Positions 1 through 13,975 of a DNA stretch of 64,000 nt are shown one piece after another. The translations under genes were made by a program, and so were the position numbers. The stretch comes from Eledone cirrhosa. Its lineage: Eukaryota. How positions within the stretch are numbered: position 1 is the first letter of the stretch; every line of letters starts with the position of its first letter. The DNA is taken from the NCBI GenBank assembly GCA_964016885.1, contig OZ024741.1, forward strand, positions 141,732,001-141,796,000, written 5' to 3'. The notes below the pieces were generated by a model, which had not been told where the DNA came from, searched no databases, and worked only from the letters and a program-made list of their open reading frames with translations.

Positions 1-258
1 TGATTAACATATAAATAAACATGAATAATCACAGGAGATAATTTTTACAAGTCTGTAACCACACATAGCTAGGTAGGTAACTAAATAAAGTTGACCAGAA
101 CTTTAAAAATAGATACCTTATAATATGATTAATCTTCCCTGTATATATTCCATTAAAGAAATATATTTCACCAATTAATCGGAAGTGGAGACTTGGATTT
201 TCAACAAGGAAGAAGTTCCAGCGATCCGTGTTTACACTTCAAGTTCAAATCTAGTTAT

Positions 259-291
<33 letters not shown>

Positions 292-488
292 GGATACTAT
301 TTATGGTTATGTGTATACTAAAAGTTTTTATAGTTATGTATATTTTAAACCCTAAACAGTGAAGATCAGTAATTTATTACTACCTTATTACCAGTAAGAT
401 AAATAGCTCAATGTAATAACATCAGTTGTTCTACAGAGCAGTTATATAGAATTGACAAGAATCAAAGCTATGTTCAAAGCATTTATTC

Positions 489-533
489 ACTTACAATTGT
501 TTCATCCAAACCTAGGCTTGAGGTCTTCGGAGC
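489..533 (-). ncRNA. Minimal type I hammerhead ribozyme motif (U4C core), family D
   Basis: Minus strand: gct CCGAAGA cctcaagcctaggtttggat GAAA caattg TA agt. Confidence 0.6.
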
Positions 534-2099
534 ATTTTTCAATGTTTGTACACATAATTGACCTCCTTTCCAACGCAAGAGACATACAGATACATATATA
601 TATATTGATGTACAGTGGAGTGACATATATATTATACTATATTATTTCTGTATAGCAATTCAAATTCAAAATCAAAATCAAAATTAAAATAAAAACAAAA
701 TTAAAATAAAATTAAAATACATTCAGCAGTTAACACAGATAATGCAAGAGGATAGTTTGTTAGTCAGATGTAGTAGTTAGTGTATGCGTTAGTTACACGT
801 GGGGCGTGCAAGTGTGTCTCATTTATATATGATTATTGTGCGGCAGGGTGTTACATGTAATACAAGCACTTTAAGCGGGTAAGTAAGAGTATTATGGTGG
901 TTGTAGTGGTAAGGTATTTTTTGTATATAATTGTTTCTACTTTAGGCACAAGGCCAGCAATTACCCAGTGCATTACTAGTACTTTATTTTTTGTATATAA
1001 TAAAAAAGTATGTATGTAGAAAAATAAAAATAAAAAGGAGAAGTAAAAGAAAGTTATGGTTTTCGTATCCAACACCATTTTCACATTCAGGAAAAGTAAA
1101 TATATTTTTTACATCCATCACATAAATAACGATGATTCCGTATTGGATGTTTGATGCATAAAATTAAATTAGTTTAGCTTATTGCGGCTCAGTATTATTT
1201 AATCCAAATTTATAGAATAGGTTGATTCTGCTGCGAGAATTTACAGCGGTTTATTATCCGGAAGTATGTGTGTAATTAAGGGGAGTTAATGCGTAAAGGG
1301 AGGTAACTAGCTGATTTCCATAACTAAATTAATTGTTCTAACATACATTATAAGGCGCCTCAATTGAGTCCCTTATATAGACGGTTATATATTTATATCC
1401 AGTTTCCAATTTTAAATACAGTCTACTCTATCATGATGTACTAAAGGTATCTATATTATGATGATTACTCCCTATCATACAGTACTACAACTGAATACTC
1501 CATACCAAGAGCCACATCTTTATATCAAAGTTCACTGAAAATGTAGTCTACTCTCAGAACATGTCAGGGGACCTATTAGAATTATGTCTACATAACGCCT
1601 GGTAAGTTCTGGAGCATCGTATGGCTGTTTGCATGGCAAAGCCAAATACATCTCTAGGGCAGACAAATAGATCCCTCATTTACAATGTCATTAATCTATC
1701 CATCAAGTTATACTTGCATATATAACTCACATACTATTCATACATAATTCATTGCACTCAACATATAAGTTAGACAAATCTCTTATGTTAATAAATTAAT
1801 CTTATATATATCCAATGTTATCACTCCATACATATAAATACAATTGCATATATAATTCATTGTTGAATCTGGTATTTAAAGCTAATATAGACTGTATTGT
1901 ATCGCTATATAATTATAAGTAATTGAAAGTAATTATACTAAAAGTCGATGTTTATGGGGATATTTCTAGGGTATAAAGTTATAGATAGATGGAATGATTT
2001 GTGTCGAGATAGGGTGGATCAGAGAGTGTGGAGTTGTGGTGTAAGGTGTGCCCTTGAGGTGTGGTGTTAGAGGTGGTGATGGGTTCAATTCTGACATTG

Positions 2100-3510
2100 T
2101 TATATATTGGGTTTAAAGTTTTGGAAGGAGTGCAGGAAGCGGTGCTGGCACGACGCAAACACTTCCGATTTTTTATTAAGGAGGTTATGGTTTGAGAAGA
2201 TTATAGTATGGGTCTCTAGTAGACAGAGGTTACAGAATTTATTAGGTGGTTTGTACGATGCCGCCCAACCTATCACTTCCCATTTAAGTGTATAAGATCT
2301 ATTTCTAGTTTTTAGATAGTGTATGTAGCTAGATAGTGAAGTGGAGTTGGCTAGACTGTGTTTTTTGAAAGAATTGAGGTGTGAATTGTATCTGGTTTTG
2401 AAGCAGTTCGAAGTAGAGCCTATATAGGTTTCCTGAAGAGTTGCTAGTTATGACGGTGCATGAGTATATGATGTCCTTGATTAAGCAGTTTTTATCTAAA
2501 GGGCAGGTTCTATTAGATCTACAGTTACAATTATTTTGGATGTTAACCTGCCGGTTATTATGTTGTGTAGAAGTCTGGTTGCTAGGTATTGGATTATGGC
2601 TATGGGGGTTGTCGCTCCCAGCGTTATTGATTTCATTAGTGCTATTACTATTATTACTATTGATATCAGGGTTTGCAGATATAACGTTGTTTTGAAGGTT
2701 TACCCCCTGCCGTGTTTTAGTTTGTTGGAAGTAAGTATTAATTTTTCTTTTATTGCTACTAGCTATGTTAGGCGTGGTAGAGTAGGAGATTTTAATGGTG
2801 TTTTTGTTTATAAGACTATGGTACTTGTGGCCAGATGGGAAGTTTTTATCCAGGAGTGAGAAGAAAGCCTTAGGTAGGTTGGTAGAGACGTTTAGATTGA
2901 AAGGGGCGTTGAAAAATGTATTATTTCTTCTTCTATTTTTGTTTTTTATGTCTGGTGAGATGCTTCCGTTTATGGTATTTTGGTGATCTCCCTGGTGTGG
3001 GTTACGTTTGTTGCCACCCTTTGTACTAGTGTGTGTGTGGTTATTATTATTATTACTATTTTTCCTCATGGACATATTGTGCGAAATAATGTTGTAACTA
3101 TGTGTTTTTGTAGGTAGGAACTCGATCTCATTATTATGGCCTGATCTAGCTAATGCCTGATTATAATATTGTGAGTGTTTGCTAAATATGTTTTCGTCAT
3201 AAGATAGATTAGAGATTTTATTGGATATTCCCTTAGAGATATAGTTTAATAATTATCTAGGGTGGTTAGACTTGGTATCTACGTAAATCAGTTTTTCGTT
3301 AGGTTTATGGAATGGTGTATATATCCTAGAGTCTAGGTAGAGGGTGGCATCTAGGAAGTTAACGTTTTTAGTGTTTTTGTCTATGGTGATACTTAGGTTA
3401 TAGTTTTTGAAAGTCTTGTGCAATAGTTTTCTAGTTCTTTCTATATTAAATTTGTTATAGTCTATAAAGAGAAGTGCATCATCACGGTACAAACCAGCGA
3501 CCACAAGGAG
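2100..3510 (-). pseudogene. Frameshifted PLE RT (C-terminal part)-linker-GIY-YIG endonuclease
   Basis: GLYRDDALL...FLDATL...Y..KPNEKLIYVDTKSNHP (RT/thumb); FNAPFN...KISYSTTPN...CNCRSNRTCPLDKNCL..IIYSCTV; after a frameshift YIGSTSNCFKTRYNSH...FCNLCLLE...LLNKKSE. Confidence 0.85.
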
Positions 3511-3683
3511 GTCAATTATGTGTACAAACATTGAAAAATGGTCCGAAAACTCCAAGACTAGGTTTGGATGAAACAATTGTAAATGAATAAATGCTTTGAA
3601 CATAGCTTTGATTCTTGTGAATTATATATATATATATAGTGACGAAACATAAGTCAATTGCATGAACTCATAATCCTTTATTT

Positions 3684-3739
3684 ACTGCTATATATATTTC
3701 GATGATAGCCATTGAATGGGTATGACCTCATCAGGCAGT
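3684..3739 (-). ncRNA. Minimal type I hammerhead ribozyme, family G
   Basis: Minus strand: actgc CTGATGA ggtcatacccattcaatggctatcatc GAAA tatata TA gcagt. 5-bp stem I, palindromic stem III, AATAAA just downstream. Confidence 0.8.
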
Positions 3740-3802
3740 TAGTCAGTTCTTAGATATGCCAGCTCTGTGTGTATAGTGTTGATGGTTTCAGAGCCTTGGG
3801 AC

Positions 3803-3850
<48 letters not shown>

Positions 3851-3903
3851 TTATGTATATATATATATATATATACATATACATACATATATATGTATTT
3901 ATG

Positions 3904-3993
<90 letters not shown>

Positions 3994-4972
3994 GAGAGAG
4001 CAAAGTTGCAGACGACAAAACGAAGTGTGGTGGGCGATTGAACAAAAGCATCTATCTCCTCTTCAGCTAAACGAAAGAAATGTAATTTCGTTCATTAGAA
4101 TGGTATTGCATGGAATTGAGTCCAGATTGCAAGATGACTTAGAACAACCTGCCGGAAAGATATATATCAGACAACACGCCTACATATAGACAGGGGGCAA
4201 CAATTTCGTCTTTCGATTGAAAACAGGTCAGGATACGGTGTAGAAAAGTTAAGCAAATAGAAACACCAGAACGAGGGAAACATAAATAAATGTTCGTCGA
4301 AAACGAGGAGGAAGGGAATGTATGTAGAGAACAAGATAGTTGTCGTGCTGGTAAGTAAACCTTTGGTTAGTTCTACTGAGAAACATGATACCTTAACTTA
4401 GTTTATAACAGCTCCGAATTGTTAATTTGTTGAGTTGCCTGTAATGTGGCTAGTACTTCACACCTCTTTCTAGCGTATAAATTTTCCCGTCCTATTTGTA
4501 TCTGCCGCCGCAGTTAAAACGTTCTCACACCATGGGGGCTATGGTTTGGGCTAATTCTCGAATCCCGACAGATATAAAGGTATTTTGTACATTATTGGAA
4601 CTTATCCAAAGACGATTCCTCTAATGACTTGTTTCACGTCTTCGGTAACTTCCCCAACATCGTTAATTGGTAATCGATAATCGATTACTTAGATCAATCT
4701 TTGCTTCGGTTTATGATCTATGAAACGGTGCTGGTGCCGTTTGGAAAATACGGGCTTTTCTACCTTAAAGTATGTACTTTTTTCCTAAATATGATGTGCT
4801 TTATGTATATGTACACAATACTTTTTGTTTCTTAAATGATATATGGCTCTTTCTTTATGTGCAAATATATTTCAATTTTGATTATTAATGCTCTGGGCAA
4901 ACGTCCATTGAACTTTTCTGTTGAGAAACATAATCATCATACATATTATATAATTTATGATACCTTAACTGA

Positions 4973-5045
<73 letters not shown>

Positions 5046-5507
5046 TAATCACGGCTAAGTGAAAAGCCCTGTCCATCTATCAAATATCACTCACAAGATA
5101 TTGATGTTAAAGCCGTTTTGATATAACATACTTTTCGAAGGTGTTGCACAGTGGAATCGAACCTGTAGCCACGTTGTTGGGAAACAGCAAGTTTGTTGTA
5201 AACGTTGAGTACTGGGTATCAAAACACTAGCAAAGGTGATACACTAAATTACAGCAGTTATTTCGTTTGTTTTTTAAGGTGGGGTTGTCAGAGAGTATAT
5301 CATTGTTCTGTAGTTACTTATAGTACTACTACTATTATACCATACATAGGGGTGATTGAGCATTGGACAAATGTTTTGCGGCATTTGTTCTGGCCATTTA
5401 CGTTATGAGTTCAATTCTTTTCATAACTGAACATTACGAAACATTTCCTCTGCCGATTCTGCACATCCGCTATCTTTAAACTTCTGAATTAAAGGTTTCT
5501 AATTTAA

Positions 5508-5660
5508 GCAAGGCCAGCAATTTTTTTTTGGGGGGGTGGGTTAAATCGACCCCTGTGCGAACCTCGGCAGGATTTGAACTCAGAACGTAAAGGGCCGTTT
5601 TGATCCGCGAACCACATTGTCCGACGCTCTTCCGATACTGCCGATCCACCGCCATACTTC
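5508..5660 (-). mobile_element. tRNA-type SINE, family 1 (fragment)
   Basis: caaggccagcaattt...aaatcgacccc...gatttgaactcagaacgtaaag (B-box-like GAGTTCAAATC on minus); recurs at 11043, 16960, 20840 and 34803. Confidence 0.7.
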
Positions 5661-6104
5661 TGAAATAAGAGTATACATTTTGTATTGAAAGCAATATTTT
5701 CACTCCCATATTTTCATTGTCTATACAGATTGATACATTCAACAATATGATGAAAGTGTGATATTTTAAAAATTAGTCAAGTATTGATTCATTCGCTTTG
5801 TAAATTCAGTTTTGGGAATATAGCTGTTATGAATTTGTTCTGTGAATATAGTTGTTTTGAATTTAGTTTGTGGATATAGTTGTGAATTTATCACTGTGAA
5901 TATAGTTGTCATGAACTTAGTGTTATTAGCTTAGTTTTGTGAATTTAGTTTTGTGAATTTAGTTGTTGAGAATTTAGTTTTGATTACTGAATTTAAATTT
6001 TGTCTCATTGTCTATTCATTTCTGTATCAAATAACTCTGTGTATTTGCATGTGTGTGTATATGTGTATGTGTGTGTATTTGTATATATGTTCGATCTCCG
6101 TCGG

Positions 6105-6365
6105 TTCCGACGACGAGTATTCCAGCTGTTCGATCAAGGAAACAGCCATCTCGTGAAATCAATGTACAAATGGGTGAATGATCCACAAAGACGTGTACCC
6201 TAAACGTACGTCATAGGGAGATTCAGCGTAACACAGTGTGGAACGTGACTAGATTGTTGAATTATAAGTACTATCCATTAGCCTCGGGTCGACCAGAGGG
6301 TATCCTAAAGTCACTTGCCTAGATAGCATTGATTGTGAAGCGAGCTTTTTATCCACTCAGCCATG
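6105..6365 (-). mobile_element. Diverged SINE, family 2 body
   Basis: Similar by eye to ~10765-11030 and to the reverse complement of 13860-13975. Confidence 0.45.
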
Positions 6366-7134
6366 TGTTGACTTCAAAATTCCTGAAGTGCTGATTACCT
6401 TGCTTCTCGTATTCAACTGTGTGATTGTAATTGTTGTGACTTTAGTTCTGTGAATACAGTTGAGCTAAATCGAGTTCTGATTACTGAATTCAATTTCGTT
6501 TCCTTGTAAGTTCTGTTATTTAGCACATGCATTTACATTGTCACACACCACATTATTGTTATATAATCTAGTGTGAGATACATAATGTTGTTATGTTCCC
6601 CTATCTCCTCCTTCCGTTAGGAGGCCCAATTGCAAAAGACGATACTATGAAACTTCTCCTGTGTCATCTACTGACAAAGTTTGACATCGAAATAGGATTA
6701 TTTGATTGTTGATTGCTTTTGATTGCTTTAGAAACGAATGTTTCCTACATTTCTAATTCTACAATTTAAAACTGTAACACTTGTAACATATATAATCACA
6801 TTTTCAACTCAAGTACTTTTAAGAAAAGATTCCCTCAATTAGTAAAACTATTTTGCAGCTGCAAACTCTAGATCAACGTTCATTAGTTACATTAACAGAG
6901 ACTTCATTCCTATATGTATGTGGACGGGTGGGGGGGGGGCTGGTCGTGAAGAGATTGAGTATGGCTCTGTGCGTGAAAAGGCTGATCCTTTTGATTACAA
7001 TTATAGTCCGTCTTGTATTGCAGTTTAAGTTTAAGTGGCTGAATATTTCACAGACATTTGTACCATTAACGTAGTTCTCGCTTATGGCATGGTTGCTTCT
7101 TTGTATTACAAGTGCAACTCATTTTTTGCCAATT

Positions 7135-7258
7135 GTATTGACTGGAGCAACGTGAAATAGAGTCTCTTGCTTTAGAATACAATGCGCCAGTGGTAATTGA
7201 TCTCATATCCTTACGATCGTGAGCCAAACACTAACCACTAAGACACGCGACGTCACGG
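7135..7258 (-). mobile_element. tRNA-derived SINE head, family 2
   Basis: Reverse complement matches tgtgaagtcgcgtggtttaatggttag...atttcacgttactccag at 13700 and the head at 21421 (A-box-like TGGCTTAGTGG). Confidence 0.6.
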
Positions 7259-8163
7259 AAGCTTTAATAAAAATGTTTCAAAAAGTGTGTTAATTTAAAC
7301 GTTCGATTACACCGAAGAAACAGTTGAATTTCACTCTAGTAATTAAGGCTGTTCCGTTTGTCCGAACAACCACTACACTCGTCCTCGGGAGCGATTGTGT
7401 TCTAGTGTGGTTTGTTATTAATAGCACAGTAGGTAACGTACACCACCACAGAAAAGAAATGTTCTTATTAAAAGAGTGAAATAATTATTTAATATCTTAA
7501 TTATTAGGAAACCTCTATTTCTATGTTTTCTGGCTATATTTGAAACATTTAAACTAACAGACTTTCTAAAAGATATCAATTACTGCTGCATCACACGGAA
7601 TTGATGAGGACAAACAGTCTGATTGTGATAATATATTTTACAGTTTATTATATAGACATTTGTTGTTCGGCTAATAAAGTTTCCATTGAATAAGTTTTTT
7701 AAAATGTTTGCAATTACTTTCCTTTAGTTATCTAATGTGTATAAAGAGTGCATTTCGAAATATTTTCTTTCAAAGACGTATATAACATATAAACTTGCCC
7801 TGAAGCAAATGTACATGTCTAGTATGAATTAAATGGATATAATAATTCTTTTGTGGACAATTGAAGTAAGCAGTCATTGTGTGTCTTGTTTCTTTCAAAT
7901 AATACAATATGCACATATTCAAATGCACATCCTTCAAAATATGATATAAATATGCATATACATACACATATACATACACTCATATAAATACATGTGTGTG
8001 TGTGTGTTTATAATTGCAAATATAACTGTGTATCAATTGCAAACTTCGAATTATAAAGGTTTTTAATCCCACGGGTTTACAAATGTGGTATAGTTTATAA
8101 ATTTAAAGATATCGATTGACGGACACATTGCTTCATATATATAATATCAATAATATCACGTTT

Positions 8164-8234
<71 letters not shown>

Positions 8235-8504
8235 TGATTTCGATACATTTATGGGAAATATTATTTAGAATTCCTAGTAGTAACAGACTTTAAATCTATG
8301 ATATAGCCTCCCGCAGAGTAAATGTTTCGTTTTCTGTTCCAGTTGAAAACAATGTCTTTTATCTGAATGTAATTCCGTATAGATATTGCAGATATAATTG
8401 ACTACTGAAGATAGAGCCCTCGGATAGCTTTGCTGTGACGGTTCAGTTGTCAAAATAACCACACGCTGGGCAACTGCATATGAAAAGGTTGTACATCAAC
8501 CTAA

Positions 8505-8591
<87 letters not shown>

Positions 8592-8777
8592 TACGAGGCT
8601 ATCCATATATTTATTGAATATAAACGTATTATATATGTTTATATGTCTTCATATACGCTTTATATATATACATATATATATATATATAGGAAAATGTATG
8701 AACCCGACGGAAGAGCTCAAGCCGTTTTGGCGGCTATTTCTGGAGTCCAGATATATATATATATATATATATATATA

Positions 8778-8920
8778 TTTCGTTTCTGAATTTGTTTAGC
8801 AAGATTCTTTATCTGAAATCGTGTGTTGAAACCGATATTGTTATACTTTGGGAGGGTCATGTTGCCAATAAGAAACACACGCGTGTGTTTCTTATTGGCA
8901 ACATGACCCTCCCAAAGTAT

Positions 8921-8928
<8 letters not shown>
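8778..8928. mobile_element. Palindromic mini-element, family B (94-bp perfect palindrome plus ~57-bp tail)
   Basis: 8835-8928 is a perfect spacerless palindrome centred on acacacgcgtgtgt; the tail 8778-8834 matches 41818-41873; flanked by (TA)n. Confidence 0.85.
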
Positions 8929-9000
<72 letters not shown>

Positions 9001-9006
<6 letters not shown>

Positions 9007-9822
9007 TAAAATAACAGATTAAAGTTTAAGCAAAGAATCGCTGCTTTCACCCTTAACGGGATCTTCTGAAACTAACAAAGTCAATCTGTAAACGCAGAAG
9101 TGAATATTTCAAAAAACGTTGCAACCGGAGGAAGACAGGAAGACGATACTTTGGTTCGTGGAAACGTTCCTTGGCAAAGAACGGGAAAAAACGAATATAA
9201 TACGTCATTAATAGGAGTGGTGAAAAACAATTACGCGCAAAGACAGAACCATGTTTATGGTATAAAAGAGGTCGTAGACTAATGTTCTCTTAGGTGGTTC
9301 ATAGAGACGTTCTCGGGCAATGAACAAAAAAACGAAGATAATACGTCATATGTGGAGCGTAAAAAACAATTGCACGCAAAGACAAAACCACGTAAATGGT
9401 ATAGCAGAAGTCGTAGACTAAAATTCTAACTAGGAGACCGAATGAATCTCCGCTTCAGAGTTAGGAACAAGTAAATAAATACAACACAGAGGTAATAGAA
9501 CGTGGATCTGTCTTTGCGCGTAATTGTTTTTCACCGCTCCTATTAATGACGTATTATATTCGTTTTTTCCCGTTCTTTGCCAGGGAACGTTTCCACGAAC
9601 CAAAGTATCGTCTTCCTGTCTTCCTCCGGTTGCAACGTTTTTTAAAATATTCACTTCTGCGTTTACAGATTGACTTTGTTAGTTTCAGAAGATCCCGTTA
9701 AGGGTGAAAGCAGCGATTCTTTGCTTAAACTTTAATCTGTTATTTTAATAAATATTTGCTCTACGGTTCCTATATATTTGATATATATTTATCCTTATCG
9801 GGCCCTCTTTGGATTTTAGTCT
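9001..9822. mobile_element. Inverted-repeat element with ~250-bp arms and a tail
   Basis: 9001-~9255 is the reverse complement of ~9499-9753 with few mismatches (mirror ORFs 9100+ and 9654-); ~65-bp one-sided tail; left end abuts (TA)n. Confidence 0.8.
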
Positions 9823-9829
9823 TCAAATA

Positions 9830-9865
<36 letters not shown>

Positions 9866-9868
9866 ATA

Positions 9869-9896
<28 letters not shown>

Positions 9897-9899
<3 letters not shown>

Positions 9900-10425
9900 A
9901 AGCGTATATGAAGACATATAAACATATATAATATGTTTATATTCAATAAATATATAGATAGCCTCGCACCAAAATATTTTTTTGTGACTCGTAACGAAAC
10001 GAAACAAAATTTATTTTTCTCCATTGTCCTCGCTGAATATATCATAGAGTTGCCAGTATTTTCTGAGTTCTTCGGACAACGCTTTTTCAAGATTTGTTAA
10101 TTTTTCATCAGAACTTACTGGTATAGAATTGTGCTGATCACTTGCTGAAGATGTTTATTTGCATATAGCAAATAGAAAACATCGGCTGGAAGTGATGATT
10201 TACATATAGTGGAAGCTTGGCTGGGTCCATTTAAACATGCTATCTGGCTCTCTCAGAATATACTGACAACTTTAGTTTTGTTTCGTTTATGTTTCGTTTT
10301 CGTTTCGTTACAAAAACATGTTCCTTCGGTAGCGAGGCTACCCATATATTTATTGTATATAAATGTATTATATATGATTATATATGTCTTTATTAGCACT
10401 ATCGCCAAATACATTTTTTTACATA
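9897..10425. mobile_element. Inverted-repeat element, family F
   Basis: 9897-10010 is an imperfect reverse complement of 10277-10390; a third copy lies at 8588-8660; flanked by (TA)n. Confidence 0.6.
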
Positions 10426-11042
10426 TATATATATATTTATGTGTGTGTTTGTCGTTTAGTACTGAAACTGATATGTGCTTAAAAGCAACTTAGCCGTAAC
10501 CATTCTACCATTTAGTGACAGTTTGTAACACTACGTTTTCCGGTATGATAATCCATTTTTATAAACGTTAATATATAATTTGAGTGATTTGACTGCTATT
10601 TTTAGCCAATCATACAACCACGAGTAGTGTTCCTCATTGGGCCAACTGTTTGTGTATGGTACGTGTGTGTATCTAAATGAATGTATAGTTAGTGTCAGTA
10701 CTGTTGTTGGTCTACATATTTTTTATATATCTGATTTGCAAGTAAGATGATGGTGAATCCTTCATCCGTTTCGATGATGAGCCTTCAATTGTTCAATCAA
10801 CTGAATCTCCAACTTATAAATTAACGACTATGTGGCTGATTAATTAATAAACATATGTACCCTTAACGTAAATCCCAAACCGAATCAACGTAATACAATA
10901 TGTGACAAGATTCGAACGTCCGTCTACCCAGTTTTTCTCACAAAGATTGATTTGACCTTGTTAAATACACTTACCCAAGATGCAACCCGGGATCTCACGA
11001 TTGCGAAGCAAACTTCTGAACCACTCAGCCGTAAAATAAGGG

Positions 11043-11240
11043 TTTCTGATTTAGGCACAAGGCCAACAATCTTGGAGGAGGGGAAAGTCGATTAAATTGA
11101 CCCACAGTACTTCATTGCTACCTTATTTAATCATGGATGAAAGGCAAAGCTAACCTCGGTGGGATTTGATCTCAGATCGTAAAGAGTCGTAACTATATGC
11201 CGCAACGCATGTTTTCCGATGATATACCAATTACTGCCTA
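11043..11240 (-). mobile_element. tRNA-type SINE, family 1
   Basis: ttaggcacaaggcc...ggatgaaaggcaaag...ggatttgatctcagatcgtaaag. Confidence 0.7.
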
Positions 11241-12137
11241 TCCACTCAGTTATAAAATAATGACCTCATGAGTGTTATTTGCCATATCAAATGTTCATTT
11301 CTCAATAGTTTAATTCTGAAACCGGAAGTTATAACTACTTTCTGATCATCAATAGCCAGGGAAATCCTTTGAAACATTTCTAAATTCTTTCCTAAACCCT
11401 TCTGAACGTTGATTAACTTCGGAAACCATTAATATTTAAAACATGTCTCTATTGTGTTAGTGTATGTGTTATAGTTTTTCAACATTGTTCAATTAGATCT
11501 ATTTATCTTTTCGACAAGTTACATGTTGTGCAATTCATTAATATTAAAGACAATCGGAGTATTGAATCATATTTCTATGCCCCATTGTATCCATAAAAAC
11601 TTTGTGATATTCCGCTATAATCTGTGAATATCAAATGACATCAACATAGACATAGTATTAACATTTTCTGAATTTGAAAATCTACTACCATATTTATGTA
11701 AGTAGGATTTCTTTTGTTTCTCTGGTTAGTGAAACATATTAATGTATTGTATATAGAGCCGACGACACGTGATCAATGGCGTAGCTACAAATAATTATAA
11801 GATTAAGACAATGAGATAGAAGGTTAAACTCTAATGCAGACAATGACATCGGTAAACCGAATAAGTTGACAATAAAACGAGTGTTTTACGAGGGTCGGCT
11901 AAAAGGTTCGTAGGGTGACCAAAATACTCTCATGGAATGACCAAATATGGTTTATTTTTCAACATAGTCCCAAGAAAGAAACAATGCAGTTATTAATAAT
12001 AAGAGTTGAAATTAATGCATGCAAGATTTCACAACTTTAGAATCACTCCTTCATAGTCAGCCTATGAACTTGTCAGCCCACCCTCGTGCATCTGTCTACA
12101 TACATAGAAACAGACAGGCACACACTGAAACAGACAG

Positions 12138-12229
<92 letters not shown>

Positions 12230-12276
12230 TATTTTCAGGAAAAAATTGGCTGCAACTTCGAAGTTTCGGCAATGCT

Positions 12277-12313
12277 GTATTCTGAAGAAGTTTCATCGAT
12301 GAAACGTCGATGC
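12277..12313 (+). ncRNA. Possible minimal hammerhead motif
   Basis: gtatt CTGAAGA agtttcatcgat GAAA cg TC gatgc; stem I needs two G-U pairs and stem II is weak. Followed by an attgagtac tail motif shared with other families. Confidence 0.4.
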
Positions 12314-13208
12314 CACTGCAACCTTTTTCTTCATAAAATAAACCTTATATTCTGCTCATTGAGTTTATTGAGTACTTATTTAGTTAATGATGGACTGTTC
12401 TACGTCCCGTGTACACAAAACACCTATTTGTATGTGTGTAGGTAAATGTATTTACGGGTATCTATGCACCTAAAATTTATGTTGCGTAATGTCAAAGTGT
12501 TATTTGCAGAAGTTGAATAACTTAAATATTACAGTTATATATTTTGATTCACTATATTTTTTAACAAAAGCAAAATATTATACAAACATATAAAATCTGT
12601 ATATACATCATAACTAAACTTATCTATAAATATAGGAAATAGCTTTCCTCTACTATTTCATCTTTCCCATTGAGTTCAGAATCAATTCAAAAAATCAATT
12701 ATTTGATACGTCACAAAACTTGTTTGTAGATCAGTTAGAAATATACTGTCTGAATGTGACGGCGCTTGGCTGACTCGTTAAGGTGTTTATGCCTTTTTAC
12801 GAAACACTTTATTTCAAGTTGTACATGTAGTTCATAGGGTCAGTCTTCTCAAACACTATGTCACGCAGAATCTCACTGAAAACTATCTAAAGAATACATA
12901 TATTTGTGAAATGCTCAGCCAATTGTACAACAATGATTTCTGATTTAGGCACAAGGCCAACAATTTTTGGGGAGGGAAAAGTTGATTAAATCGGTCCCAG
13001 TGCATTGTACAATAATATAAGAGGAAATTATCTGTAATTCAAAGTGCCTGCATTATTAAATAATTTGTTGCGCCGAATCTCTCTGGGAACTGCGTTAAGC
13101 GTAAATATACATACAGAATGCTCAACTATTTGCACTTTCATTTCATGAGTATGCCGATCCGTTGTTCGAACAACCAAAATACTCGTCGTCAAAAGCGACG
13201 ATGGTCCA

Positions 13209-13247
<39 letters not shown>

Positions 13248-13699
13248 CATTTTACGACGTCTTAGTTTTAATGACAGTACTACTATCTCTTATGACTCAA
13301 TTTCACAGTTTGTTAAGATATAGATATCCTTCTCTATCTACATTTCTTATATATGTTCTGTAGAAATTTAATCATTGTTATCCAATAAAAGAAATATATA
13401 TCAGTAGCAAAATTAATTAACTATAATAAAAATGGTGGAAAATCATAGAGAAGAAAGAAATCGATATTAAGAAAGCAAAAGACACCACAAGATTTCACTA
13501 AATTGTTTATGAACAACTAACTCTAGACATGAATGCGAGAAATGGGGAATTTGATAGGATGAATGTTGAAAATAAAGTAGATACTTAGAAGAAAAGAAAC
13601 AAAAGGAATATCTTTAAAAAGAAAAAAACAGGGAACTCAAAAAGACAGGCAGCGTATTTCATATATAACTATATGTCAATATCTCCAGCCATTTCTCAT

Positions 13700-13975
13700 T
13701 GTGAAGTCGCGTGGTTTAATGGTTAGGGTGAACAGCTCACGATTAATAGGACATTAGTTTGATTCCTAGCGGTGCGTTATGTCCTTGAACCATACACTTA
13801 TTTCACGTTACTCCAGGTCCCTCAGCTGGGAAAAATTATTTCTAATTTGTAATTCAAAGAGATATATTTGTTATATAGTGTGACGTTGAACTCCCTGACA
13901 ACTACCCGCAAGTAATTTCACGGGCAGACTGTTCCGTTATTTGAACAACTGGAAAACTGGTCGTCGTAACCGACA
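13700..13975 (+). mobile_element. tRNA-derived SINE, family 2
   Basis: tRNA-like head with A-box-like tggtttaatgg and B-box-like gtttgattcc; body shared with the 6105 and 10765 copies. Confidence 0.6.

Larger units (their letters stand above)
285..3622 (-). mobile_element. Penelope-like retroelement, 5'-truncated, with inverted pseudo-LTR (family D)
   Basis: Minus-strand RT C-terminus and GIY-YIG remnants at 2100-3510, then a long AT-rich 3' UTR. 3507-3622 is the reverse complement of 450-566, and a tail at ~285-449 lies outside the repeat. Both ends abut (TA)n. Confidence 0.85.

Noticed and set aside
8835-8928. Explaining all palindromes as amplification or assembly artefacts
   Set aside because: Most arms differ by substitutions, and independent copies share the same outer endpoint. 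An artefact cannot be excluded for this one perfect palindrome without reads.
9686-9720. HHR-like cagaaga tcccgttaagggt gaaa gcagcg (mirrored at ~9035-9068)
   Set aside because: The core reads CAGA, with no correctly placed UH and no stem I; at best a dead remnant.
10145-10185. CTGAAGA...GAAA around a tatttgc/gcaaata hairpin
   Set aside because: No convincing stem I or cleavage triplet.
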